In this document: positions 9,820-19,005 of the stretch, piece after piece
How the letters are laid out: every line of letters starts with the position of its first letter
Numbering within the stretch: the stretch's first letter is position 1
Assembly: GCA_030606485.1 (NCBI GenBank)
Contig: JAUWGH010000002.1
Span: 360,001-392,000 of the forward strand
DNA: 32,000 bases
Source: Promethearchaeota archaeon
GTDB taxonomy: Archaea > Asgardarchaeota > Lokiarchaeia > Sigyniarchaeales > SOKP01
Direction of reading: 5' to 3'
The notes under the pieces: generated by a model
What the model was told of the DNA's origin: nothing
What the model saw: only the letters and a program-made list of their open reading frames with translations
Database searches by the model: none
Made by a program: the position numbers and the translations under genes

Positions 9820-11226
9820 TTAAAGTATTTTATTTTTAATTTCTTCGAATAATTTTAACATTTCTTTTTCTATATAAACGCCACTTACTGGTGAAAAACT
9901 AGGAAAAGATTCGTATCCTCCTACTTCAATATACTCATAAATTGGAAATAGGTATGAAATCCAATCATTGCTATTTTGAAAGATGAAGGAATTTTTTTTT
10001 CCAGTTGGAGATTTTTCAAGTAAATTCTTCCCAATTTCTTCGAATAATTCACCGGGTACTGTCATAATACTAAAAGTATCGGATTTTGAGTCAGAATATG
10101 TTTTTATTTTAAAGTATTGAATAATTGTATTACATTTTGCCTTCAAACCTTTATATTTTATATGAAATGCAGAAAAATTTGGATTCTTACCAGATATTAT
10201 TGTAACTGGGATTAATAAGTATTTTTTCAATAAAAAAAGAAGCTTATTCTTCAACCATGTTTTTGAAAAATATTTAAAATCCTTCATGGGAATCCAAAAC
10301 TTTTTAATATAAGAGCCTAATTCGATATTCTCAAAATAATCTACGTTAGGTATTGATTGTGCAAGGTTTAACGCTTGTTTTCCTAAGAAATATCCAATAG
10401 ATTTTGTATGTTTATAAGTTCCTAACTGATCATAAATAAGAGTTATATTATTTTTTAGATTCTCAAAATCTGTTCCACACGTAGTAATGGGATTTAAATC
10501 GCCCGCATAACTATTAAAAAAAACCGCATTTACACGCCCCTTGGTTAATTTTTGAATTTTAAAAACAATCCTACCAGGGAAATCAGCTGACAATTTGTTA
10601 TTTAAAAATGATAATGTAGTTGGATGACAGGAAAAATTTACAATTATTCCAATTAGATTATTATCTTTTAAACTACGAAATGCGATCACACCCAAATCAG
10701 ACTTTGATCTCCGAGTAGGGTGACGTCGATTAATGATGATATTTTCATCAATTTGCTTTTTGGTCCAAGCTATTTTGCATGGTATTAATTCTTTAACTAA
10801 TTGGCTAACCATTTTTACAATTTCTTTAGTCATCCACACGAGATATTTATCGTTTCTATTAGCACCAAACATAATACCCTTCATCATATTTAGAGCTCCT
10901 CCTGGCCAATAATATTCTCCAGTTAAATCGAATGAAAAATGAGTATGGGTCGCATGGATTAAAATTTGTTCTGGATTAATAGATATAAATTTTTGAATTC
11001 TGTCTTTAATATATTCAGATAGAGACAATGGTATTTTTAATAAATCAGTAGAAATGAACAATAATCTGTTGCAATTATTATTAATATTCTTTTCTTCTAA
11101 TAAAATACCATAAGCGTGAATATCATCTAATTTCCCTAAACATGGCTCAGTTCGAGTATAACCCGCCATTGGCTTGCCAATGTAATCCTTCGGTGTTATA
11201 TTTACCTTACCAAAAGCCACTTTCAT
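9820..11226 (-). CDS. Neutral/alkaline ceramidase N-terminal-domain family amidohydrolase
   Basis: KVNITP..MAGY, DDIHA, HATHTH (metal-binding), NFSCHPT, SADFPG, GDLNP, PGELFEEIG, GGYES motifs. Confidence 0.8.
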   Translation of the reverse strand: MKVAFGKVNITPKDYIGKPMAGYTRTEPCLGKLDDIHAYGILLEEKNINNNCNRLLFISTDLLKIPLSLSEYIKDRIQKFISINPEQILIHATHTHFSFDLTGEYYWPGGALNMMKGIMFGANRNDKYLVWMTKEIVKMVSQLVKELIPCKIAWTKKQIDENIIINRRHPTRRSKSDLGVIAFRSLKDNNLIGIIVNFSCHPTTLSFLNNKLSADFPGRIVFKIQKLTKGRVNAVFFNSYAGDLNPITTCGTDFENLKNNITLIYDQLGTYKHTKSIGYFLGKQALNLAQSIPNVDYFENIELGSYIKKFWIPMKDFKYFSKTWLKNKLLFLLKKYLLIPVTIISGKNPNFSAFHIKYKGLKAKCNTIIQYFKIKTYSDSKSDTFSIMTVPGELFEEIGKNLLEKSPTGKKNSFIFQNSNDWISYLFPIYEYIEVGGYESFPSFSPVSGVYIEKEMLKLFEEIKNKIL

Positions 11227-11444
11227 AATATTAATTTAAAGGAAAAAAATTCAAAAATGTTTTGATTTAATTTAGCAATAACCTTAATTCACTTATTGAT
11301 ATTAATTTGACTCTTATTTTTTTGAGTTTCAAATAAATCTGATAACAATCTTTATAGAAAAATCTTTTTAAAATGTTAGATTATTAAATTAAGTAATAAG
11401 AAAAATTGTCTTGTAAAAAAAGTATTTTAATATTTCTAGATATA

Positions 11445-11452
11445 TTTAAATA
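11445..11452 (+). promoter_or_regulatory. Archaeal TATA box of tRNA-Val
   Basis: TTTAAATA ending 23 nt before the mature tRNA 5' end at 11475. Confidence 0.65.
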
Positions 11453-11474
11453 TTGCTTTAGTAGTAAATAAAAA

Positions 11475-11583
11475 GGGTCAGTGGTCTAGCGGTTATGATT
11501 GTAGCGCTGGTTACCATAGCGTGATAATAAACGCGTGCTTGACGTGCACGAGGTCGGGAGTTCGATCCTCCCCTGACCCACCA
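11475..11583 (+). tRNA. tRNA-Val(GAC) with 33-nt intron at position 23/24 (intron 11498-11530) and encoded CCA
   Basis: Acceptor GGGTCAG/CTGACCC, A73, CCA 11581-11583; T arm GGGAG-TTCGATC-CTCCC; anticodon arm CGTGC-TTGACGT-GCACG with GAC at 11541-11543; D stem GTCT/TGAC restored only after removing 33 nt; BHB motif present. Confidence 0.93.
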
Positions 11584-11595
11584 TATAATTAATAA

Positions 11596-12363
11596 TTATT
11601 GTATCAAAAAAAGGCTTTCAAGTTTATCTTTATATTCTTTATAATGGTTTTTCAATATATAATCCGATTTTCTAAAATTGCGAGACTTATAATTCTTGTC
11701 ATAATGATAAAGCCATGAATCCTTACATAGACAGCATATTTTCTTATCTTCGGGAAAATCTTTTGGAAATACTTCAGGGAATTCAAGCACCTGACGACAA
11801 ACAACACAAAAATCTTGTTCTTTTTTTACTGCTTTCTTTAAATACTTGAATTCAGTTTTCATTCTATTAATTGTATATAAAAAAAATATTTCATAGGCAC
11901 GATTATCTTCTATTTGTTTAATATATTGATTCATTTGATTAAAAATGTGAGTTATTTTTAATAAATATTCTTTCTTATCAGGTGGAGATTGTGAATCACC
12001 ATCCATTTTAAAAAATTTAAGCTCCTCAAATTTTAAAATTAATTTTATCAAATTTTGTTTAATTGCCTCATTCCTAATATTTCGAGCCATTTCATTTTCT
12101 TCTTTTTTTAGAAAATAAGATAATATTACTGATATAATTTGAACTATTCCCAAAATAAAAATAACAAATAGAATAAAAGTGGTAAAAATAAGCCCTATTG
12201 TAAGTGGTAATTTTAATTTGTCAAAGATAAGTGATGTTAAAATCATGGAGATTACTAAACAAATGAAAATTCTAAATTTTTTATTGGTAAGTATGTTTAA
12301 AATTTTTTTAAATTTCAAAATTTCAATCAAAGTATTATTTAACTTAGAAATTTCAACTTCCAA
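11596..12363 (-). CDS. Hypothetical membrane protein with C-terminal Cys4 zinc-finger-like motif
   Basis: ORF track 255 aa; two N-terminal hydrophobic helices; CVVC...CCLC near the C-terminus. Start codon uncertain (TTG). Confidence 0.6.
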   Translation of the reverse strand: MEVEISKLNNTLIEILKFKKILNILTNKKFRIFICLVISMILTSLIFDKLKLPLTIGLIFTTFILFVIFILGIVQIISVILSYFLKKEENEMARNIRNEAIKQNLIKLILKFEELKFFKMDGDSQSPPDKKEYLLKITHIFNQMNQYIKQIEDNRAYEIFFLYTINRMKTEFKYLKKAVKKEQDFCVVCRQVLEFPEVFPKDFPEDKKICCLCKDSWLYHYDKNYKSRNFRKSDYILKNHYKEYKDKLESLFLIQ

Positions 12364-12509
12364 TGCTTAAACAAAACTCTATTAAATAAAAATTTATGTT
12401 AAAAAAATAAATATAAATTTTTGAACCTTAATTTGTTAATATAATTTTACTTTTAGAAGTTGTACATTTCTTGCGTGTTATCTTTTTAATATAGAATGAT
12501 ATAAAGGAT

Positions 12510-12929
12510 TTAATACAATCTAACGGCTATTTTATCAAAATGCCGGTCAAAGGATAATATATAATTACAATTATATTTTTGAAATAAATAAAGTATTGAT
12601 GCATCAACATAACTAAGCAATAATTTTGGAGAACAATATTTTTTTAAAAGATTGTATATTTCCAAGTATTCGGCAGGAGTCATAAGGATCTTTTTAGTAA
12701 AAATTTCTTCACCCCAGTAAAGTTCATATATTTTTTCTAAATAATGAGTATTATCATTAAATCTCGCGACAGTTAATGTTAAAGTTTCATTTATAACTAA
12801 ATAATTTGTTATAAGGAGGTCTTTACCTTTTTCTTTTAACTCAATTAGAATCTCTTGGGCTCTATTATGATTTTTATCATTTTTGGCTTTTAATGCGAAA
12901 AAAAAGTTTGAATCAATAACTATTGTCAT
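12510..12929 (-). CDS. vapC: PIN-domain ribonuclease toxin (VapC-like)
   Basis: IVIDSN, INE, SYVDAS, SFDRHF: all four acidic PIN residues present; 139 aa; small upstream partner gene. Confidence 0.88.
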   Translation of the reverse strand: MTIVIDSNFFFALKAKNDKNHNRAQEILIELKEKGKDLLITNYLVINETLTLTVARFNDNTHYLEKIYELYWGEEIFTKKILMTPAEYLEIYNLLKKYCSPKLLLSYVDASILYLFQKYNCNYILSFDRHFDKIAVRLY

Positions 12930-12969
12930 TTCATATCACGATTTTAGTTAGATTAGAAATAGCTTTTGA

Positions 12970-13236
12970 TTACATTCCATATAATAATTCATCATCAGAT
13001 TTTTCTAAGTGTTGTAAAGGAGCATAAATCAAATTTTCTTTTATTTTTTTAATTAATTTATCAGAAATTTGAGGATTTTCTATTTTCTCAAAAAGAAATT
13101 CTTCAAGCCGATTAAATGCAAATTCAATACATTTATCTAAGATTTCTTGTTGTGAAATTTTCATACCTATTTTTAAAGTTAATTTGGCTTGTAATTTTTC
13201 TAGTAGATCTTTTTTATTCAATTTTACACTTGACAT
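12970..13236 (-). CDS. Putative antitoxin (VapB-like) of the downstream PIN toxin
   Basis: 88 aa, immediately upstream of vapC; strand-helix-helix N-terminus and acidic tail; paralogue at 23265-23525. Confidence 0.75.
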   Translation of the reverse strand: MSSVKLNKKDLLEKLQAKLTLKIGMKISQQEILDKCIEFAFNRLEEFLFEKIENPQISDKLIKKIKENLIYAPLQHLEKSDDELLYGM

Positions 13237-13250
13237 ATATTAAATTAGAA

Positions 13251-13278
13251 TTTTCCACTTTTTATACTTTTCCACTTT
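13251..13278 (-). promoter_or_regulatory. TA promoter: TATA-like GTATAAAA flanked by two AAAGTGGAAAA direct repeats (putative operator)
   Basis: TTTTCCACTTT at 13251-13261 and 13268-13278; TATA-like box 13260-13267 lies ~24 nt before the ATG at 13236. Confidence 0.55.
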
Positions 13279-13422
13279 CAACATTGAATTTTTCATGTAA
13301 ATATTAGTAATTTAATAAGATGAATTTGGGAAATACTCCTTTTAAACTTTAAAATTTAAATCAAAAAAATTAAATATTTCGAAGGAATAGAATAAATAAT
13401 TGATTAAGAATTAGCGACTTTT

Positions 13423-13890
13423 ATGCCAATACGAATTAAATGGATTAAAGGAAAATTTTTAGGATTGGGATTAATGATTATTGGGTTTTGTGGCTTATTC
13501 CAAGTCATTTATATATTAATAGCTCAATATGTCTTTCTAATCGGCTCGGTTTTTGCCGTAATTTTAATCCCAATAGGTGCGACGATTGGCCTAATTTTAG
13601 CTTCAGTAATAATTTTTGAAAGTATAGCGGATGTCGAAAGACGTCGAAAAATAAAAAGCCAGTTTAGAAAGAAATCAGGAAAAGAACGTAAATTTTTCTC
13701 ATTTCCTATTACTAAACCCTTAATATTTTGTTTTTTGAGTTTTACGCCAATTTATATTTTATCATTTTTTATTTGTAGTATATCTTTAAATTCTTTTCAA
13801 TCGTTTATAATTGCAGAGAATATATCAACTATAAGCGTTATATTCATTGCTTATTTTATCGAACGAAATTGGGCAAAAATAAAGAGATAA
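13423..13890 (+). CDS. Hypothetical 4-TM membrane protein
   Basis: ORF track 155 aa; two pairs of hydrophobic helices separated by a basic loop. Confidence 0.7.
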   Translation: MPIRIKWIKGKFLGLGLMIIGFCGLFQVIYILIAQYVFLIGSVFAVILIPIGATIGLILASVIIFESIADVERRRKIKSQFRKKSGKERKFFSFPITKPLIFCFLSFTPIYILSFFICSISLNSFQSFIIAENISTISVIFIAYFIERNWAKIKR

Positions 13891-13952
13891 AATTTTATAC
13901 TCTTGAAGAAATTATATATATTATTTAATGATTAGATAATCCGATAGCAGTA

Positions 13953-14864
13953 ATGGAAAATTCTGATAATTTTAAAAAGATTCGTATTCGATGTCCCATA
14001 TGTGGAAAGAAAGGAGAGATTCAAGTTGCAAGGAAAATAATTGAATCTAGTAGTAGAGGAGTTTGCGCTATTGAAGTAACCAAAAATCAAGTTTGTTCTG
14101 ATTCATTTATAGCTTATGTTGATAAAAATTTTGTAGTTCGAGATTATTTTATTCCAGATATAACTTTAGATGGGATTGAAGTAGTAGAAAAAGAAGTCCC
14201 TACTAAAAAAGATGAACTGGTTATAGAAGAGAAAAAAATTTCGGATGAAGATTATAACATTGTCCGGAGTATTTTACAAAGAAAGATTTTTACATATATA
14301 ATCCATGCGATATTATTAAAAAAACCGATACATTTAGTGTATGATATTCAAGATATATATGATCAGATAGTGCAAGTTTTTGGAGAAATTACAAGGAATG
14401 CTTTTGAGATGCATATAACTGTGGGAAACATAGAAGAATATAAATCAAATAAAAAAAAATATAAAGACATATTAGTTTTAGATATAAGTTCAGAAACAAT
14501 ATTAGAAGGGCAAAATAAGAAGATTTCACAAAATTTATTAATTTATGAAGCAGAAATAGTAAAAAAAGCTTTTAAACAATATGATCCAACAACTTCTTTA
14601 ATAATTTTAAAAAATGAGATTCAAAAAATTTATTCTTTAGTGATTAATCTAAAAAATTTTCTTGAAGAAGAGGCTGGTGAAGGTAAAAAGAAGTTGTTTA
14701 AAAAAAATATTATTAGTGAATTGAATCGAAGATTTAATATTAAAATAACTGCTAGATACTTAAATTTTGTATTAGATATTATTCAACATCATTTTGGTTT
14801 AAATCTAGCAGATTATATTATAGATGCCACAGATGGAATAAAGTATTTTTTTTCTAAACTATGA
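13953..14864 (+). CDS. Hypothetical protein with N-terminal zinc-ribbon-like domain
   Basis: 303 aa; RCPICG..VCA..VCSDSFIAYVDKNFVVRDY N-terminus; no catalytic motif recognised. Confidence 0.7.
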   Translation: MENSDNFKKIRIRCPICGKKGEIQVARKIIESSSRGVCAIEVTKNQVCSDSFIAYVDKNFVVRDYFIPDITLDGIEVVEKEVPTKKDELVIEEKKISDEDYNIVRSILQRKIFTYIIHAILLKKPIHLVYDIQDIYDQIVQVFGEITRNAFEMHITVGNIEEYKSNKKKYKDILVLDISSETILEGQNKKISQNLLIYEAEIVKKAFKQYDPTTSLIILKNEIQKIYSLVINLKNFLEEEAGEGKKKLFKKNIISELNRRFNIKITARYLNFVLDIIQHHFGLNLADYIIDATDGIKYFFSKL

Positions 14865-14920
14865 TTTTATTAAAAATCTAATGTTTAAGTTATTGTAATA
14901 ATAAAAAAGAGAATTAAATT

Positions 14921-16501
14921 ATGAGTAGTACTATTCATAAAAGTTCAAGTTTTGATTCATCCTATGATGTGGTTGTCATCGGAGCAGGACTTGGTGGTCT
15001 TGGTGCAGCATTAAATTTGGCTTTATCACAAAAAAGCGTGCTTCTTTTAGAACAACATAATTTACCTGGTGGTTTTGCTTCGAGTTTTGTTCGAGGTCGA
15101 TTTGAATTTGAGATATCACTTCATGAAATGTGTGCTGTTGGTCCACCTGAAGGACCCCTTAAAGGTCCCATTCGGTATATCCTTCATGATGAATCAAGTG
15201 TAGATGTAGAATTCGTGCCGGTTCCAGAAGCTTATCATTTGATTTTGACAGGTAAAGAACACAAAGTTAACGTCAAATTACCTTTTGGTGTAGAAAATTT
15301 TATTGATACAGTATGTTCTGCAGTACCAGAAACACCAAGAGAAAGCCTGGTTAAATATTTCGATCTTTGTAGAGAGTGTAGTGAAGCATTAACATTCGTT
15401 GCCCGATCAAAAGGAAATATTGATTATAAGATTTTAATGGCTAAATATGCGTCGTTTTTAACTACTTCTGGCTATAGTGCAGCAGAAGTAACAAATAAAT
15501 TCGGATTTCCGAAAAAAACATTAGATCTTTTATACCCTTATTCCTGCTATATGGGTTTGCCAGCTTCAAGGTTAGATTTTACAATATGGGCGTCATTACT
15601 CCATCTTTATATAACCCAGGGCGCATATATCCCCAAAGGAACATCACACCAAATGTGTGCGGCTATCGATGCCAGAATTAGAGAACTTGGAGGTCAAACT
15701 GAATACAACAATAGAGTACAAAGTATATTGGTTGAAAATAATAAGGTTATCGGTGTTGAGACTGATGATGGTGAAAAAATTAAGACAAATTATGTCATAA
15801 CAAATTGTTCCCCTCATCTGGTTTATGGTAAATTGATTTCTCCAGCAAATGCGGTTCCTGAAGAAGCATACAAACTTAACAATTCTAGGCGTCTTGGTGT
15901 TTCAGCCTTTGTTGTCTACATGGGTTTAGATGCTTCACCTAAAGATTTGAATCTTGAAAGTTATGGATATTTCATTAGCCCTCATATGGACACGGAGAAG
16001 ATAAATAAGAGTATGCTACAATGCGAGAACATGCCCGATTTGACAGCCAGTATCTGTCTAAATAACGCCATACCAAACTGTTCTCCACCAGGAACTACCA
16101 TTTTGTCAATCACAACTGCTTTTGGTATTGATATCTGGAAAAATATAACACCTGAAACATATTTCGCAACTAAAAACAAATTGGCCAGACAAATGATTGA
16201 ACAAGTAAGTAAAGCATTAGATTCTCCGATTTCTGAACATATCGAAGAAATCGAAGTTGCAACACCACAAACATTCTCGCGTTATACTGGTTCATTTAAA
16301 GGTGGAGTTTATGGTTATGATTTGGATCCTTGGGACAGCTTGGTTATAAGATCACAAGTAAAAAACAAAGAAGAATTCTTTAAAGGTCTAGAATTTGCTG
16401 GGGGTTTTGCAGCAATGGGTCATGGGTATAATAGCTCCCTACTTTCAGGACGTCAAGCAGCGCGATCAGTTCTATGGAAAATGAAAAAAGAGGGAGGCTG
16501 A
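14921..16501 (+). CDS. Phytoene desaturase (CrtI)/retinol-saturase-like FAD-dependent oxidoreductase
   Basis: DVVVIGAGLGG..LLEQHNLPGG Rossmann fold, GRFEFEISLH, EVATPQTFSRYTGSFKGGVYG, C-terminal GLEFAG..GHG..SG. Confidence 0.85.
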   Translation: MSSTIHKSSSFDSSYDVVVIGAGLGGLGAALNLALSQKSVLLLEQHNLPGGFASSFVRGRFEFEISLHEMCAVGPPEGPLKGPIRYILHDESSVDVEFVPVPEAYHLILTGKEHKVNVKLPFGVENFIDTVCSAVPETPRESLVKYFDLCRECSEALTFVARSKGNIDYKILMAKYASFLTTSGYSAAEVTNKFGFPKKTLDLLYPYSCYMGLPASRLDFTIWASLLHLYITQGAYIPKGTSHQMCAAIDARIRELGGQTEYNNRVQSILVENNKVIGVETDDGEKIKTNYVITNCSPHLVYGKLISPANAVPEEAYKLNNSRRLGVSAFVVYMGLDASPKDLNLESYGYFISPHMDTEKINKSMLQCENMPDLTASICLNNAIPNCSPPGTTILSITTAFGIDIWKNITPETYFATKNKLARQMIEQVSKALDSPISEHIEEIEVATPQTFSRYTGSFKGGVYGYDLDPWDSLVIRSQVKNKEEFFKGLEFAGGFAAMGHGYNSSLLSGRQAARSVLWKMKKEGG

Positions 16502-16505
16502 AAAT

Positions 16506-17735
16506 ATGGAAGTATATGGTAGATCAAAAGATATGGCACAAGCCTCCAAAATGCAGCGTGAGCGAAAGAAACGCTGGAAAAATGCATCTCCTGTACCAGA
16601 TATAGAAGATCCAATAAAAGAATTATCAATGGGTTTGCATTTAAAAAATTTTCAATTGATAATAACGGACATTTTAGACGCCACCAAAACCACAAAAACA
16701 TACAGATTGAAACTTGCACCGAATTTCGAGTTAAAAAGATTACCTTTATTTCGCGCTGGACAATATCTAAGTGTTAAAGTTAATGTAGATGGTGTCAAGG
16801 TAACTAGGCCCTACTCGATTTCTTCAGCGCCATCAGACATTCTTGAAGATGGATTTTATGAATTAACAATTAAAATTAAAGACGATGGTTTTTTATCAAC
16901 AGAGTTTTTCGAAAAATGGAAAACAGGAAACATCGTTTCAGTATCTGGTCCACACGGAAATATGTATTTTGATGATTTACGTGATTCAAACGAAATAGTT
17001 GGAATTGCAGGTGGTTCAGGTATAACACCCTTCAGGTCGATTATACGCGAGATTGTAGCTCAAAAATTAGATCTTAAATTAACTGTGCTCTACGGAAGTC
17101 GTCATGAAGATGATATAATCTTTGCGGAAGAATTAAGCAATCTTGCTGGAAAATTGCCAGATAAAATTAAGGTTGTGAATATTTGTAGCGAACCAAGTGA
17201 AAATTGGAGCGGACCTTCAGGTTTCATTAATGCCGAATTAATCAAAAAATACGCAGGACCGATAGAAGGAAAGACATTTTTCATTTGCGGACCGCAGGCG
17301 ATGTATGAATTCTTAGAAAAAGAAATCCAAAATCTTAACATTCCAAATAGAAGAATAAGGAGAGAATTATATGGACAACCGGACAATATTACAATGAATC
17401 CAAAATACCCGGTAGAATTTAAAGATAAAACGTTTAATATAATAGTAAGAATAGGAAATAAAATAGAAACGATTAAAGCATCAGCAACTGAATCAGTTTT
17501 AGTGTCCCTTGAGCGAGCTGGTATTGGAGTTGATTCACAATGCCGTTCAGGCGAATGTGGTTTTTGTCGTTCACTTCTCATATCTGGTGATATTTTTGTT
17601 AATAATGAAATCGATGGGAGACGCGCAGGCGATAAAAAATTTGGTTTCTTTCACCCATGCTCCTCATACCTACTTAGTGACTTGGAAATTAAAATTCCTT
17701 CGTTTAAATTCGTGAAATTCAGTCCAATTAAATGA
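16506..17735 (+). CDS. FAD/NAD(P)H-binding ferredoxin reductase with C-terminal 2Fe-2S domain (PaaE/Hcr-like)
   Basis: RPYS, GGSGITP, ICGP, CRSGECGFC...C; starts 4 nt after the previous stop with GGAGG upstream. Confidence 0.92.
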   Translation: MEVYGRSKDMAQASKMQRERKKRWKNASPVPDIEDPIKELSMGLHLKNFQLIITDILDATKTTKTYRLKLAPNFELKRLPLFRAGQYLSVKVNVDGVKVTRPYSISSAPSDILEDGFYELTIKIKDDGFLSTEFFEKWKTGNIVSVSGPHGNMYFDDLRDSNEIVGIAGGSGITPFRSIIREIVAQKLDLKLTVLYGSRHEDDIIFAEELSNLAGKLPDKIKVVNICSEPSENWSGPSGFINAELIKKYAGPIEGKTFFICGPQAMYEFLEKEIQNLNIPNRRIRRELYGQPDNITMNPKYPVEFKDKTFNIIVRIGNKIETIKASATESVLVSLERAGIGVDSQCRSGECGFCRSLLISGDIFVNNEIDGRRAGDKKFGFFHPCSSYLLSDLEIKIPSFKFVKFSPIK

Positions 17736-17940
17736 TTAAATAATCTTAATTTTTTCTATTTTTTTCAATCTGTTATAATATGATAATAGATTCTAGCGAT
17801 TTCCTTCTTAGCTGGCATTCATAGATAATTTAGGAATAAAATTAATAAGAATTTAAAAATAAAAAAAATTTATTAATTGGATGTTCTTTAACATATTTAG
17901 GACAGATATGTAAAATAAAATATGAGGTAATAAGGAATCT

Positions 17941-18837
17941 ATGGTTAGTAAAGAAATGGAAAATATAATCAAGCTATTGAGGAAATTCCAAGAATCTATT
18001 ACGGAGGTAAGCGTAGAGACAATGCGAGCTGGTATGGATCAATTGGCTACGATGGTAAAGCTTCCCAAAGATGTGAAATATAAACCAGTAATTGCAGGAG
18101 GAGTACCAGCTGAATGGATTACAACCACTGATATAGCAAATCAATATGTTATTTTATATCTGCACGGAGGCGGGTATGTGGCTGGATCCATTGCGACATA
18201 TAGAGATCTCGTCGCACGGATTTCTAGGGTGTCAAAAGCTCGAATCTTAATAATTGATTACCGACTCGCGCCTGAATATCCATTTCCCGCTGCATTAGAA
18301 GATGCAGTGGTAGCTTATAAATGGCTTATTTCTACCGAGGATATTGACCCAAATAAATTAATAATAGCTGGAGATTCTGCAGGTGGTGGTTTAACATTAG
18401 CAACTTTAGTAAAACTGCGAGATGAAGGAATATCCTTGCCAATTGCTGCAGTATGCCTTTCTCCATGGACTGATTTAGCAGGCACTGGAGAATCAATAAA
18501 AACCAAGGTAGAATTAGACCCATTTGCAACACCAGAAAATTTAGAAATTTCGGCAAGAGCTTACTTAGGAGCGACAGATTCCCAAAATTCTCTAGCCTCT
18601 CCTCTCTATGCAAACCTCCAAGGATTACCTCCTTTATTCATTCAAGTTGGAACTTCAGAATTATTACTAGATGATTCAGTTCGTTTTGCAGAACGAGCCA
18701 AAGCCGCTGGAGTTGATGTTAAGCTGGAAATTTGGAGCGACATGATTCATATATTTGCTTTTTTTGCTGCTTTTGCTCCAGAAAGTCGACAAGGTATTGA
18801 ACAAATCGGCGAATTTATTCAAAAATTTTTTCTATAG
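17941..18837 (+). CDS. HSL-family alpha/beta hydrolase (esterase/lipase)
   Basis: HGGGY oxyanion motif, YRLAPEYPFPAALED, GDSAGG nucleophile, ELLLDD, MIHIF. Confidence 0.95.
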   Translation: MVSKEMENIIKLLRKFQESITEVSVETMRAGMDQLATMVKLPKDVKYKPVIAGGVPAEWITTTDIANQYVILYLHGGGYVAGSIATYRDLVARISRVSKARILIIDYRLAPEYPFPAALEDAVVAYKWLISTEDIDPNKLIIAGDSAGGGLTLATLVKLRDEGISLPIAAVCLSPWTDLAGTGESIKTKVELDPFATPENLEISARAYLGATDSQNSLASPLYANLQGLPPLFIQVGTSELLLDDSVRFAERAKAAGVDVKLEIWSDMIHIFAFFAAFAPESRQGIEQIGEFIQKFFL

Positions 18838-19005
18838 AGTAATATAAAATCTAATTTTTTATTTTTTAACTTCATTATACACTTTGATTAACTTAATTGC
18901 TCTGAATTATTTTATTCTGCTATTCGGTTAAAAATTTAAAAAAATTAGCTTTAAAATTCAAATTTTAATCATAGATTAAAAAATTAAAAAAATAATTAAT
19001 TAAAT

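Noticed and set aside
11499-11532. Alternative intron registers 24/25 and 25/26
   Set aside because: Neither gives a 4-bp central helix with both 3-nt bulges; only 23/24 gives a full BHB and the correct mature D stem.
14921-16501. Calling the flavoprotein crtI
   Set aside because: Fold is shared by several activities and no carotenoid genes are in the window.
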